From: an uncultured delta proteobacterium | GTDB taxonomy: Bacteria > Desulfobacterota > Binatia > UBA9968 | Length of the DNA stretch: 64,000 bases | Assembly (NCBI GenBank): GCA_963727625.1 | Contig: CAVSHR010000005.1 | Location: forward strand, 384,001-448,000 | Direction: 5' to 3' | In this document: piece by piece, positions 9,817 to 18,692 of the stretch | How the letters are laid out: each line of letters begins with the position of its first letter | Position numbering within the stretch: the first letter of the stretch is position 1 | Position numbers and translations under genes: made by a program | Notes under the pieces: generated by a model | Told to the model about the DNA's origin: nothing | The model's input: the letters and a program-made list of their open reading frames with translations, nothing else | Databases searched by the model: none

Positions 9817-10800
9817 ATGCAAGACGCCGACGCCAAGCTTGAACAGTGGTCGCGCTTCTACCAGCGCGCGCAAACGCTGCTGCGCGGCGGCTCGCGCGCG
9901 CTGCGCCGCTTGAGCGGCGCCGAGCTCACCCGCCTGATCGACGATTATCAAGCGTTGACGGCTGACTTGGCCCGGGCGCGTTCCCTAGGCGCGGCGCGCG
10001 AGACCATCGATCAGCTCAATCGCATCGCCGTGGCCGGTCACAATTTGCTCTACGGGCAAATTCGCTTGCGCGAGGGCGCCGGCTCAACCTACGGCTTTGC
10101 CAGCTTCGCCTGCGCGGTGCGCCGGCACGCCGGCGCCGTGGCCCTGTCCGCGCTCATGTTTTTTGGTTCCGCCGTTGTCAGCTTCGTTGCCGTCGAGCTG
10201 TATCCTTCGTTAGCCTACGACATGCTCGCCGACGAATTTCTCGATTTCGACCCGGCCACACCCGAGAATCTGCACAGCATTCCGAGCCTGGCGCGTCCGG
10301 TGGTTTCGTCCGTGATAATTTCGAACAACATCCAAGTGACGCTGCTCGCTTTTGGTTTCGGACTGACGGCCGGCATCGGCACCAGCGTGCTGCTGATATT
10401 TAATGGTATTCATCTTGGCTCGGTGGCCGGCTGGATGGTATTGCACGGCAAGGACCGCGCGCTGTGGGGCTGGATCATGCCCCATGGCGGCACAGAGTTG
10501 CTGGCGATCTGCTTCGCGGGCGCAGCCGGCTACATTCTCGCCGGCGCGATCATTGCACCCGGCGAGCTGCGCCGCAGCACGGCGCTCAAGCGCGTCGGCA
10601 TGGAAGCCTTGTCCATCGAGCTCGGCTGCATGGTCATGCTGATTTTTGCCGGCTTCATCGAAGGCTTCGTCTCGCCGAGCGGCCTTGATTATCCGAGCCG
10701 CATCGCTGTGCTGACCGGTAGCCTCGGCCTCTGGGCAATTTATTTTCTCGGTGCCGGCCGGCGCCACGATCGCCCGCCGAGCGAACCGCCAGGCGGCTGA
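9817..10800 (+). CDS. Stage II sporulation protein M (SpoIIM/DUF95) family membrane protein
   Basis: NNIQVTLLAF, LLIFNG, PHGGTELLAI, AGFIEGFVSP motifs. Confidence 0.92.
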   Translation: MQDADAKLEQWSRFYQRAQTLLRGGSRALRRLSGAELTRLIDDYQALTADLARARSLGAARETIDQLNRIAVAGHNLLYGQIRLREGAGSTYGFASFACAVRRHAGAVALSALMFFGSAVVSFVAVELYPSLAYDMLADEFLDFDPATPENLHSIPSLARPVVSSVIISNNIQVTLLAFGFGLTAGIGTSVLLIFNGIHLGSVAGWMVLHGKDRALWGWIMPHGGTELLAICFAGAAGYILAGAIIAPGELRRSTALKRVGMEALSIELGCMVMLIFAGFIEGFVSPSGLDYPSRIAVLTGSLGLWAIYFLGAGRRHDRPPSEPPGG

Positions 10801-11027
10801 GTCGCCGGGACCCACACCGCACCGCTGCGATCGATCGCTTCTCACGACCGTCAGCTCGATCGGCATCGGCGCACCCTGCGATTAATATTGCTCAAGCGCA
10901 TTGCTGCCGCGCATGATCTTCTTGAAGCAAAGCGCGGCGCCATGTTAAGCAAGCATCTGGAATTAAATCGGCCCAGCCACCGGCGCGCATCAAACGAAGC
11001 ATCGCTCGGCAAACTAGACAACAACTC

Positions 11028-12659
11028 ATGCTCCGCTCGCAAAAACGACTGCTCGCCTTGCTCGGCGTTTTACTGCTGCTCCTCCTGGTCGCAACTTTCT
11101 TGTACATGTGGGGCATGGTTTATCTCGAAGGCAAGCCGCGCGGCTTCTGGGACGCGCTGGAATGGGCCGGCGAATCCTTGTCCACCACCGGTTACGGCCG
11201 CGATTCCAACTGGAACCATCCGCTGATGGTTTCCTACGTCGTGCTCGTGCAATTCGTCGGCGTGTTTCTGGTTTTTCTCGTCTTCCCGGTGTATTTGCTG
11301 CCGTTTTTAGAAGAGCGCTTCCAGACCCGGCTGCCCCAGGAGGTCGGCAATCTCAAAGACCATGTCGTCATTTTCGATTACGGCCCGGCGGTTACGACCC
11401 TGCTTACCGAATTGGAGCAAGCCAACATCGCCACCGTGGTGGTCGAAGAGGACGAAAACGACGCGCGCCGTCTGCACGAGCAAGGACATCGAGTCATCTA
11501 CGGCAATCTCGACGAAGGCGTGCTGAAAAAAACCTATCTGCCCCAGGCGCGCGCGTTGATCGTCAACAGCTCCGACGACCGCAACGCGGCCGCTATCTTG
11601 ACGGCGCGCCAGTTGGGCTTCAAGGGAGAGATCCTCGCGCTGGTCGAAGACCCCTATCATCGCGAGCCGATCATTCTCGCCGGCGCCAACGGAGCCTACA
11701 CTCCTCGGCATGTCTTGGGCGCGGCATTGGCGGCCCGCGCCAGTCAGAAAGTGAGCCCGACGGTCGCCGGCATTCAGCACCTCGGCAACAAACTGCTGGT
11801 CGGTGAAGCGCGCATCACGCGCGACAGCGTGCTCGGCGGCAAGACCTTGGCGGAAGCCATACTCGGCCAGCACACCGGCGTCACCGTGATCGGCCAATGG
11901 ATCGGCGGCAAGCTCACCACCCCGCCGACGCCTGACATGCGCCTGGAACCGGGCGGCATACTCGTTCTCGTCGGCAACGAAGAAAGTCTTCAACGCTTCA
12001 TGGATCTGTGCGCCGGGGCGCGCCAGTTGCGCCGCCATGGCCCGTTCTTAATCGCCGGCGGCGGCGAGGTCGGACGCAAGGTCGCCGAGCTGCTGAACGA
12101 CGCCGGCGAAGAGACTTTCTTGATCGATACCCAACCCGGACCGGGCGTCAATCTGGTCGGCAACGTGCTCGACACACAGATTTTGAAGCAAGCCGGCGTC
12201 GACAAATTGCAAGCCGTCGTCCTGGCTCTCAACGCCGATTCGACGACGCTCTTTGCCACAGTGATCTTCAAGAATATGGCGCCTGATATTCCGGTCATCG
12301 CCCGCGTCAACCGCGCCGAGAACGTCGAGCGCATTTACGCTGCGGGCGCCGATTTCGCATTGTCGATCAGTCAAGTTTCCGGCCAACTGCTCGCCTGGCG
12401 ACTGCTCGGCAAGGAATCGGTCGCCCTCGATCCCGAGCTACGCGTGATCAAGGTCTCGACGCGCGGCATCGAAAATTTTCATCCGAGCCAGGCAGAGCTT
12501 CGGCTCAAGACCGGCTGCTCCGTGGTCGCCGTCGAGCGCGGCGAAGAATTGCTGGTGGAGTTCGGTCCGAACTTTCGCTTTCAGCCCAACGACTCGGTCT
12601 ATATTTGCGGCAGCGCCGAGGCGGCGCAGAAATATGATGAAATTTTTCCGCAGGAATAA
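11028..12659 (+). CDS. Two-TM potassium channel with tandem RCK (TrkA-N/TrkA-C) domains
   Basis: TM-pore-TM arrangement with STTGYG filter, two RCK-N/RCK-C pairs, AGGGEVG nucleotide motif in the second. Confidence 0.88.
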   Translation: MLRSQKRLLALLGVLLLLLLVATFLYMWGMVYLEGKPRGFWDALEWAGESLSTTGYGRDSNWNHPLMVSYVVLVQFVGVFLVFLVFPVYLLPFLEERFQTRLPQEVGNLKDHVVIFDYGPAVTTLLTELEQANIATVVVEEDENDARRLHEQGHRVIYGNLDEGVLKKTYLPQARALIVNSSDDRNAAAILTARQLGFKGEILALVEDPYHREPIILAGANGAYTPRHVLGAALAARASQKVSPTVAGIQHLGNKLLVGEARITRDSVLGGKTLAEAILGQHTGVTVIGQWIGGKLTTPPTPDMRLEPGGILVLVGNEESLQRFMDLCAGARQLRRHGPFLIAGGGEVGRKVAELLNDAGEETFLIDTQPGPGVNLVGNVLDTQILKQAGVDKLQAVVLALNADSTTLFATVIFKNMAPDIPVIARVNRAENVERIYAAGADFALSISQVSGQLLAWRLLGKESVALDPELRVIKVSTRGIENFHPSQAELRLKTGCSVVAVERGEELLVEFGPNFRFQPNDSVYICGSAEAAQKYDEIFPQE

Positions 12660-12768
12660 CCGCGGTGGACGCTTCGCCCTTAAGTCAAAATCCTCAGGGA
12701 TTTTTTATCGATCCTTTCAGTGCCGCCGTGCCAGGGTGCGCGGCGCCACACTGACCCTCAGGTGAAAT

Positions 12769-13407
12769 ATGGCGCAGCCCGCTTCCACCCGCACCCGTGT
12801 CCACTTCACGATGCTCCGAAGCTATCGGGTCGCGGACCTGATCACCCTCGCCAACGCCGCCGCCGGCATGGCCGCGGTGTTCGCGATCATGAGTTATCTG
12901 ACCGCGCCGGAGGATTGGCGCGTATACCTTGCGCTGGCGCTGGTGCCGGTAGCGCTCCTGTGCGATATCGCCGACGGCAGAGTCGCGCGCCGGCATGAAG
13001 AGCCATCGCCATTCGGTCAAGAGCTGGATTCGTTGGCCGACATCGTCAGTTTCGGCGTCGCCCCCGCCACCCTCGCCTATGGTCTTGGCATGCGCAGCGG
13101 ACTGGATGTCGTTGTGCTGATTTTTTTCGTCGCCTGCGGCATCAGCCGTTTGGCGCGTTACAACGTTACCGCCGGCCAACTTTCCGACGCTTCCGGCAAG
13201 GTCAGATATTTCGAAGGCGCGCCGATACCATCGAGCCTGGTCCTGGTCGGTGTGCTCGCCGTCTGTGTCTATTTTGACCATATCGACGACGCCCTGCCCT
13301 TCGGCAGCATTGAAATAGGCGGCTGGCATTGGCATCCAATTTCGTCGCTGTTTTTTCTCAACGGCTGCGCCATGATCAGCAAAACCTTGCGCATCCCGAA
13401 ATTGTGA
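12769..13407 (+). CDS. pssA: CDP-alcohol phosphatidyltransferase (PssA-like)
   Basis: DIADGRVARR...GQELDSLADIVSFGVAPA signature, RLARYN, YFEGAPIP. Confidence 0.85.
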   Translation: MAQPASTRTRVHFTMLRSYRVADLITLANAAAGMAAVFAIMSYLTAPEDWRVYLALALVPVALLCDIADGRVARRHEEPSPFGQELDSLADIVSFGVAPATLAYGLGMRSGLDVVVLIFFVACGISRLARYNVTAGQLSDASGKVRYFEGAPIPSSLVLVGVLAVCVYFDHIDDALPFGSIEIGGWHWHPISSLFFLNGCAMISKTLRIPKL

Positions 13408-13438
13408 TCGCATCAATGGAAAAGTCGGGAGAGATCCT

Positions 13439-13604
13439 ATGAAACAAAAACTGTACGTTGCGTTGGTCGTTACGATGCTGCTTCAGGCTCCAGCGGCAAA
13501 AGTTTCGCCTGCGTGATCCGCGAGGTCCGTCCCGAGGAGATTTTCGATTTTTCTTTTCTGCGTAAAGCTCAAGCCGAATTGCCCCAAACGGCTGGAAGCC
13601 GTAG
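13439..13604 (+). pseudogene. Internally deleted ABC solute-binding protein relic
   Basis: RBS and signal-peptide-like start (MKQKLYVALVVTMLLQ) joined out of frame to a typical SBP C-terminus (REVRPEEIFDFSFLRKAQAEL..GWKP*). Compare the end of 36433-37380 (EKIFDFSL). Confidence 0.6.
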
Positions 13605-13642
13605 ATTGCAGCGGCAGCATGGCGAACGGTTTTCGCAAGAAC

Positions 13643-13748
13643 GATCTCGCGCCAAGATGCCAAGAACGCCAGGTTCGGGAACGTTTTTTACGTTTGCGTC
13701 TTGGCGGGAGATCTTCCGATTTTTGCTTGCTGCTTCGCCGCTCTGGGG
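13643..13748 (-). repeat. REP-like palindromic element, family A
   Basis: Inverted repeat gatctcgcgccaag / cttggcgggagatc. Its reverse complement aligns with 16001-16057. Confidence 0.65.
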
Positions 13749-13758
13749 GTGAAGGCCT

Positions 13759-14664
13759 TTATTGCAGCCAACCCGTTTCCCGATAAGCTTTTATCGCTCC
13801 CGGGTGCAACGCGACGCCGCCGAATTCAAACGCCGCTTGTCCTTGGCTTCGGAGCGGTTCGAACAAGTTTTTCAATCCTCTGAACAGCGGATTCATCTCC
13901 GGCAGGTTGTCGAGATTATCCGCGATCACCTTAGCCATGTCGTGCACGACGTTCTCGGCCACCCGCGCGTGGGTAACAATGACGTTGATCACGCCCACCT
14001 GGGTCACGTCTTCAACCACGCCGCGGAAGGCGTTTTTCTCCACCACCACCGGCCGATAGAACGGCACCTGCGCCAGCAATTTGTCGATCTGGCCGGAGGC
14101 GAAGGGAATCACCCGGATATCGGCGCGCGCGCTCAGATCGGTCAACACTTTATTCGGGATCGGCGGGTGAAATTGCGCGTCGATGGCGCCGGCAACCAAG
14201 GCATCCGCTCCTTCGGCAAAACCCATGTGCACCGGCATGAAGCTGTCGAAGGAAATTCCCAATACGCCGAAGATCGTGTGAATATGTTGCTCCATGCCGC
14301 TGCCTCTGGCGCCGATGGCGATCTTTTTCCCCTGGAAATCGGCGACCGATTGGATCGCCGAAGTCGCGAGCTTGACGAAGCACATCGGCCCGGCGTTGGC
14401 CGGCGCCACCATCCGGATGGCGATTTTATTCTTGAACGGCGCGGCCGCGTCCTTGGCGCGGCCGATCCAGTTGGACGCCATGAAACCGAATTCGAGCTCG
14501 CCACGGTCGAGCTGCTCGGCGTTATGAATGCTCGCGTCGGTCGTCATCACGACACACTGGTCCGCGCCGGCGCGCCCGCGATTGAAAAGCTCGGCGATCG
14601 CCTGTCCCTGTGTATAAAAAGTGCCGCCATGCTCCGAAGTCCCCATTCTAATGGACATGAACAT
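13759..14664 (-). CDS. TAXI-family TRAP solute-binding protein lacking a signal peptide
   Basis: GTSEHGGTFY, SIHNAEQL, GARGSGME, ALHPGAIKAYRETG motifs; GGAGG RBS. Confidence 0.85.
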   Translation of the reverse strand: MFMSIRMGTSEHGGTFYTQGQAIAELFNRGRAGADQCVVMTTDASIHNAEQLDRGELEFGFMASNWIGRAKDAAAPFKNKIAIRMVAPANAGPMCFVKLATSAIQSVADFQGKKIAIGARGSGMEQHIHTIFGVLGISFDSFMPVHMGFAEGADALVAGAIDAQFHPPIPNKVLTDLSARADIRVIPFASGQIDKLLAQVPFYRPVVVEKNAFRGVVEDVTQVGVINVIVTHARVAENVVHDMAKVIADNLDNLPEMNPLFRGLKNLFEPLRSQGQAAFEFGGVALHPGAIKAYRETGWLQ

Positions 14665-14854
14665 TCCTCCGCTTACAAGATTTCATCCCATTTCATTTAC
14701 ACCACCCCGGCCGATGGCCGCAATTGCTCGGCAGTTTAAGGCAGCTAGCTTGCTCGCGCATCGACCTTGACGCTCAAGCTGCGAGTGTACTAGTTTTTAA
14801 GCACAAACAAATAGTAAACGAATTTTTGACGTTTGTAATTGCAAAGGAGCTGTT

Positions 14855-15973
14855 ATGGCGATCATCGATTTGGATTCCCACCTGCGCGACGGCTGGCTGC
14901 TCGACGAGATCTATCAACTGCCCGAGCCCTTCGCGAAGCATTCCCCGAAAAGAATCGGCGACGGCCAATATTTCTACTCGAAGTTCGAGCATACCCTGTC
15001 ACCGATGGAAGACCCGGTGGCCAACGCCAATTTCAAGAAGCCGGTGACGCACCAGGTTTTTTACAACCCGGAAGCGAACGCGCGCGGCAACGAGGTCATG
15101 CGCTGGCAACAGGGCGGCTACGACATGGACTATCGGATAAAAGACAATGCCCGCGAAGGCATCGACTATCAGTTGATCTTTCCCACCGCCATCGACATCC
15201 CATCGCAGAACCCCGGTCCGCTCGGCGCCGCCGTGGCGCGGTCGTATAACGATTGGGCGCACAAGCTCGTCGCCGGCCATCACAACCGTCTGTCGCCCGT
15301 CGCCATGATGCCCGCCGGTTGTCCGGAAGAGATGGCCAACGAGCTGCGCCATTGCGTCAACAACTTGGGCTGCAAAGCCGCCCATTTGGTGAGCTACACC
15401 TTGGACCGCCAGATGGACGATCCGGTGTTCTTTCCGTTCTATGAAGCGGCGCAGGAATTGGACGTGCCGCTCTTCTGCCACCCGAGCACCCTGGGCGCGC
15501 CCGGCACGCTAATCAATCGCCAAAGCCATTTCTTTCCGATGCATATTCTCGGCCGGCCGCTCAATTGCGTCGCGCCGCTGGTCGCCATGGTGCTCGGCGG
15601 CGTGTTTGAAAAATACCCGCGTTTGAAAGTGGTCTTCTTCGAAGTCACGGCGGAGTTTTTGGTCTTCTGGATGCACCGCATGGACGACGACTACGAGGTC
15701 ATCAAGGACGCAGGCATGTGCCCGCAATTGAGCATGCTGCCTTCTGAGTACGTCAAGCGCAATTGCTATATCAGCTGCGAGGCCGACGAGAAGTGGCTGC
15801 CCCTGGCGATCGCCGAGATCGGCGAGACCCATGTGGTGATGGCGACGGATTATCCGCATTTCGATTCCACCTTTCCCAAAACCGTGAGCGGCATCCGCGA
15901 GCGGCCGGATCTATCACCCAAGCAGAAAAAACTCATACTCGAAGATAATGCTCTGAACCTGATTCGCCTATAA
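14855..15973 (+). CDS. Amidohydrolase_2 family protein (ACMSD/LigJ/LigW superfamily)
   Basis: IIDLDSH, LFCHP, GGVFEKYPRLKVVFFE, ATDYPHFD; AAGGAG RBS. Confidence 0.9.
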   Translation: MAIIDLDSHLRDGWLLDEIYQLPEPFAKHSPKRIGDGQYFYSKFEHTLSPMEDPVANANFKKPVTHQVFYNPEANARGNEVMRWQQGGYDMDYRIKDNAREGIDYQLIFPTAIDIPSQNPGPLGAAVARSYNDWAHKLVAGHHNRLSPVAMMPAGCPEEMANELRHCVNNLGCKAAHLVSYTLDRQMDDPVFFPFYEAAQELDVPLFCHPSTLGAPGTLINRQSHFFPMHILGRPLNCVAPLVAMVLGGVFEKYPRLKVVFFEVTAEFLVFWMHRMDDDYEVIKDAGMCPQLSMLPSEYVKRNCYISCEADEKWLPLAIAEIGETHVVMATDYPHFDSTFPKTVSGIRERPDLSPKQKKLILEDNALNLIRL

Positions 15974-16000
15974 ACGATGTTTTTCATTCACCACGAATGA

Positions 16001-16166
16001 CCGAGCGCGGCTGCGCCGCAACCAAAAGCCGGAATATCTCGCGCAAGGCCGCAAAGGAAAAGCATTGTCATTTCGAACGAAGAGAGAAGGCTTTCCTAGA
16101 TCCCTCGCATTTGCTCGGGATGACAGGCTCTTAACCTGTCACTTGGCGTCTTGGCGCGATATTTTC
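16001..16166 (+). repeat. Composite REP-like element (family A with a nested second palindrome)
   Basis: Outer arms atatctcgcgcaagg / cttggcgcgatat. Nested tgtcatttcgaacga...ttgctcgggatgaca at 16066-16125. Confidence 0.65.
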
Positions 16167-16231
16167 TTATTGACTTCGTCCTGGGCAAGGCTTAGATCAC
16201 AGGACCTCACGTTCGAAGCAGGAGGTAAACC

Positions 16232-16600
16232 ATGGAATCCCCGTTCAAAGTTTCCGGCATCGACCACGTAGTCCTTCACGTTACCGACCTCGCCCGCGCG
16301 AAGAAGTTCTACATCGACTTTCTCGGCATGACCATCGACCACGAAAGCTCCTGGCAGTGCTTTCTCAAATGCGGCAACCAGGGCGTCGCCCTGTTCGAAG
16401 TCGACGAAGGAGAAGAAGTCCACGGCGGCAGCGAAGTCAATCACATGGCGCTGCGCTTGGCGGCCGGCGGTTACGAGCGCGTCAAAGCCACGCTCGAAAA
16501 TGCCGCCATCCAAGTCCACGGCCGCAAAAACGATCCGCACTGCATCTACTTCAACGACCCCGACGGCCATCACCTGCAGCTTTTGATGCCAAATGAATGA
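16232..16600 (+). CDS. VOC (glyoxalase/bleomycin resistance) family protein
   Basis: IDHVVLHVTDLARAKKFY, NHMAL, IYFNDPDGHHLQL; GGAGG RBS. Confidence 0.92.
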   Translation: MESPFKVSGIDHVVLHVTDLARAKKFYIDFLGMTIDHESSWQCFLKCGNQGVALFEVDEGEEVHGGSEVNHMALRLAAGGYERVKATLENAAIQVHGRKNDPHCIYFNDPDGHHLQLLMPNE

Positions 16601-16860
16601 CGAAACCTTGCGACCAAGTAACGACATTTTGCGGCGCGGCGATAGCCGTTTTCCGGCCGGGCACGGTTAACTTCAATCCGCAAAACAATTGAAACGAAAA
16701 TCCCCTGGGTACTGCATTTGCGATTTCTAACGCGTCGAAATGTCCAAGGTGAGAATCGCCACGGCCTATCGTAAAAAAATTAAACATGTTGCGTTGACTC
16801 GCGACAAGTTCGCCGTTCGGCCTTGATTTTCATTTCCCAAAGCCGGACCCTGGTCTGGGC

Positions 16861-18606
16861 ATGAACAAACATTTTGATCCACTCACCGTCGCGCTTACCG
16901 GCCAACTGTCCGCCGTATTGATCGTCGCGGCGGTCCTCGCCCTGGTATTGTCGCTCTTTCTGCTATGGCGTTACCGGCGCGCGGTGATCAAGTCGATGCG
17001 GCGGCGCGGCCGCGCCGATCTGCTGGAGCAAAAAGGCTTTGTCCCGCCGGACGAGCCGCATAAGCCGCCGGACGAGGCATTGGTTTTCACTTTTGCCGGC
17101 TCTGAGGGACGCGACGGCTCGGCGGCGAAAAAAAATCTGCTCTACCGCCAAGCGCGGCTGCGGCCCTGGCTCGCTGCTCTTGTCTATACTGCCGCCGGCG
17201 TTTGCTTCGCGGCGACCATGGGCGCCGTGTTTTTGCTGTCGGCCAAGATGACAATCTTGCCGCTGCGCTTCTCCTATTTGACTTGGGGCTATGCTTGGCC
17301 GCTGGTGCTCACCGCCAACTTGGTCGCTGTCACCAGCCGCCGCGGCCGGATGATCGTCCTCGCCGTTTATCTGCTTTGCGGTATCGCCTTGAGCACTCTG
17401 ATGCTCGGCCGCAGCCCGGACCTCACCGTCGTGCAGCTTGGCTATCTATGGCTCAACGCCAACGCGATTCCGTCCGTCCTGTTGCTGTTCTTTTTGAACC
17501 GGCGCATCCGCGCGGTCGGTCCGCTCGTGCTGTTGTTCATGATTTTCGGCGCTGCCGGAGCGACGCTCTTGACCTCGGTGGCGGGCAGCAGTCCCAAGCT
17601 GCTCCGCGCCATCAGCGACTTCGCCCACTCCCTCGGATTGGGCGCGACCGGCACGCTCTGGGGTTTACACGTCCTCGGCTTCGCTGTCTTCGCCGTCGCC
17701 GGCTGGATCGTCGTCGATTCGTTGCGCCAGATGTATGAGCAAAAAATAATCAGCGATCAATCGGTCACGATCGACGCCGTCTGGCTTCTGTTCGGCCTCG
17801 TCAACTCCATGGAGCTGGTCTTTGAAGGCCCGCGCTGGATACTGAGCGGTCTGGTCGCCTTTGTAATTTTTAAGATCGTCGCCGCGTTGGGCTTCCGGTT
17901 GCTGCGCCTGGGAAAAACCATCGCGGGAAAGCGCCTGTTGTTGCTGCGAGTCTTCGCTCTCGGCCGGCGCAGCGAAACTGTCTATAACGCCTTGGCAAAA
18001 AGCTGGCGCCGCGTCGGCAGCATGCAGATGATCGCCGGTCCGGATCTCGTGACGACGACCGTCGAGCCCCATGAATTTTTGGATTTTATCGCCGGCAAGC
18101 TGGCGCGCCGCTTCATCGACTCCGGCCAGACCCTCGACTTGAGGATCTCGCAGATGGATCTCGAAGCCGACGGCGACGGGCGTTTTCGCGTCACCGAGTT
18201 CTTCTGTCATGACGACACCTGGAAGATCACGCTTTCCCGCCTGGCCAATGAAAGCGACGCCGTGCTCATGGATTTGCGCGGCTTTTCCCAAGCCAACGTC
18301 GGCTGCGTCTTCGAGATCCACGAGCTATTCAATATCGTACCGCTCGAGCGCATCGTGTTTGTCATCGACGACAGCACCGACCAGGATTTCGCGCGCCAGA
18401 CCATGGAGCAGGCCTGGCACCAAACCAAAGACCGCTCACCCAACCGCCGTTCCGGCGCCGGCCGAGTTATGCTGGCGCAATTGAACGGTAAGAACGCTTT
18501 CGCTGATTTACTCTATTCCCTTTGCGCCGCGGCGAGCGGGCTCGTAACGCGTGAGACGGCCAAACCAGAGTTAGCAAATTCCGAACCGCAGGAGTTTTCC
18601 TGGTGA
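16861..18606 (+). CDS. Multi-pass membrane protein with a C-terminal alpha/beta (TIR/NDT-like) domain
   Basis: About 9 hydrophobic segments, then LLLLRVF...DDTWKITLSRLANESDAVLMDLRGFSQANVGCVFEI. Confidence 0.75.
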   Translation: MNKHFDPLTVALTGQLSAVLIVAAVLALVLSLFLLWRYRRAVIKSMRRRGRADLLEQKGFVPPDEPHKPPDEALVFTFAGSEGRDGSAAKKNLLYRQARLRPWLAALVYTAAGVCFAATMGAVFLLSAKMTILPLRFSYLTWGYAWPLVLTANLVAVTSRRGRMIVLAVYLLCGIALSTLMLGRSPDLTVVQLGYLWLNANAIPSVLLLFFLNRRIRAVGPLVLLFMIFGAAGATLLTSVAGSSPKLLRAISDFAHSLGLGATGTLWGLHVLGFAVFAVAGWIVVDSLRQMYEQKIISDQSVTIDAVWLLFGLVNSMELVFEGPRWILSGLVAFVIFKIVAALGFRLLRLGKTIAGKRLLLLRVFALGRRSETVYNALAKSWRRVGSMQMIAGPDLVTTTVEPHEFLDFIAGKLARRFIDSGQTLDLRISQMDLEADGDGRFRVTEFFCHDDTWKITLSRLANESDAVLMDLRGFSQANVGCVFEIHELFNIVPLERIVFVIDDSTDQDFARQTMEQAWHQTKDRSPNRRSGAGRVMLAQLNGKNAFADLLYSLCAAASGLVTRETAKPELANSEPQEFSW

Positions 18607-18629
18607 ATTTATCCGATTCGCAAACGAAT

Positions 18630-18675
18630 CGTGATCGTCCGTCGTGCGCGTTGGAACACGCATCACGTACACGAG
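18630..18675. repeat. Short CGTGATCGT-type palindrome between convergent genes
   Basis: cgtgatcgt ... acgcatcacg; similar to 32783-32832. Confidence 0.4.
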
Positions 18676-18692
18676 CCGCGTCGGTCGCCGGT

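Noticed and set aside
9817-10800. SpoIIM as evidence of sporulation
   Set aside because: The family is widespread in non-sporulating bacteria within this MoxR operon.
13762-14739. 325-aa plus-strand ORF
   Set aside because: Antisense shadow of the TAXI gene; no motifs.
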